Of a stretch of DNA of 36,435 nucleotides, positions 35,869 through 36,435 are shown in pieces. The stretch is taken from NCBI GenBank assembly GCA_039588275.1, contig JBDHAC010000033.1, positions 1 to 36,435 on the forward strand, in the 5' to 3' direction. Under the pieces are notes generated by a model. The model did not search any database. It was not told where the DNA came from and worked only from the letters and a program-made list of their open reading frames with translations. Source of the DNA: Gemmatimonadota bacterium (lineage in GTDB: Bacteria; Gemmatimonadota; Gemmatimonadetes; Palauibacterales; Palauibacteraceae). The translations under genes were made by a program, and so were the position numbers. Each line of letters opens with the position of its first letter. Position 1 is the first letter of the stretch.

Positions 35869-36197
35869 TCAGCACGGCTCGACATGTTGCGGCGATCTCA
35901 CCGCTCTTGTGCATCTGGAGGAGATTGTGGCGGAGCGGGGCCGAAGACGGCGTAGTCGCCCCGATACGAACGTCAAAGATGTTGTCGTGGTGTTTAGACA
36001 GAGTGCCCGAGGAGAAGACGAAGACTTGCCGTGGGACGGCGGCAGCCGCGCAGATCCGCGCCCTCGAGGACACATGGTGTTGCGACATGGCTGCCGAGAG
36101 CTTCGCGGAGACGGTTGAGCAGGTCGTCGCCGTCGCGACAACAGGCCGTGTCTGAACTGGGTGCATCGGGCGCGTCGTCAAGTGTGGAGTGCGCGCG

Positions 36198-36435
36198 ATG
36201 GGCAAGCGGGAACGCGCCATGACTACGTCATCTCTTGAAGCTTTCATTCGAACCGCAAGGAACATCGTTGGCCGGGATGCGTGTGATGCATTCTCTCTTG
36301 AAGATATCTACTCCCTCGCCTACCAACTTGGATTGAGTGGTGTGCTGTTTCTTGAGAAGTTGGAGGACAGCCGACATGTGAGCGTCCTGTTGGGTCTGGA
36401 TGAGAGCAGCGTGGTACTCTACGATCCGCTGTCCG
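36198..36435 (+). CDS. Partial hypothetical protein with cysteine-protease-like His...Asp strand motif (runs off the window)
   Basis: GGAG RBS; manual translation MGKRERAMTTSSLEAFIRTARNIVGRDACDAFSLEDIYSLAYQLGLSGVLFLEKLEDSRHVSVLLGLDESSVVLYDPLS, open to the window end. Confidence 0.55.
   Translation, partial: MGKRERAMTTSSLEAFIRTARNIVGRDACDAFSLEDIYSLAYQLGLSGVLFLEKLEDSRHVSVLLGLDESSVVLYDPLS

Noticed and set aside
35865..36155. 96-aa ORF overlapping the tenA stop, in frame with the edge ORF through a TGA (possible readthrough or selenocysteine)
   Set aside because: No recognisable domain, no evident SECIS hairpin, and the downstream ORF has its own RBS and ATG.

Overview
High-GC bacterial chromosomal window; gene style suggests Gemmatimonadota (inference, not verified). 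Most of it is ordinary transport, envelope-hydrolase and signalling genes: MATE, O-methyltransferase, APC permease, Na/Pi symporter plus PhoU, DUF362, PAS-GGDEF-EAL, serine hydrolase, M28 peptidase, copper amine oxidase, CocE/NonD, hemerythrin, YbaK, HEAT plus HD-GYP, tRNA-Arg(CCT) and two TenA genes. Two things stand out. (1) Four paralogous membrane-anchored JAB/MPN-domain proteins (three in tandem at 23.1-29.2 kb, one at 11.5-12.8 kb) share the layout MPN domain, low-complexity linker, one TM helix and a two-Cys extracytoplasmic helical domain. Only one keeps an intact JAMM zinc motif. (2) A minus-strand cassette at 20.3-22.4 kb encodes a beta-propeller lipoprotein, a CxxC thioredoxin-like protein and two paralogous secreted C-x3-C-xn-CC peptides. 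Downstream of the tRNA the sequence looks disrupted, with a truncated sulfate-binding-protein fragment and orphan ORFs.
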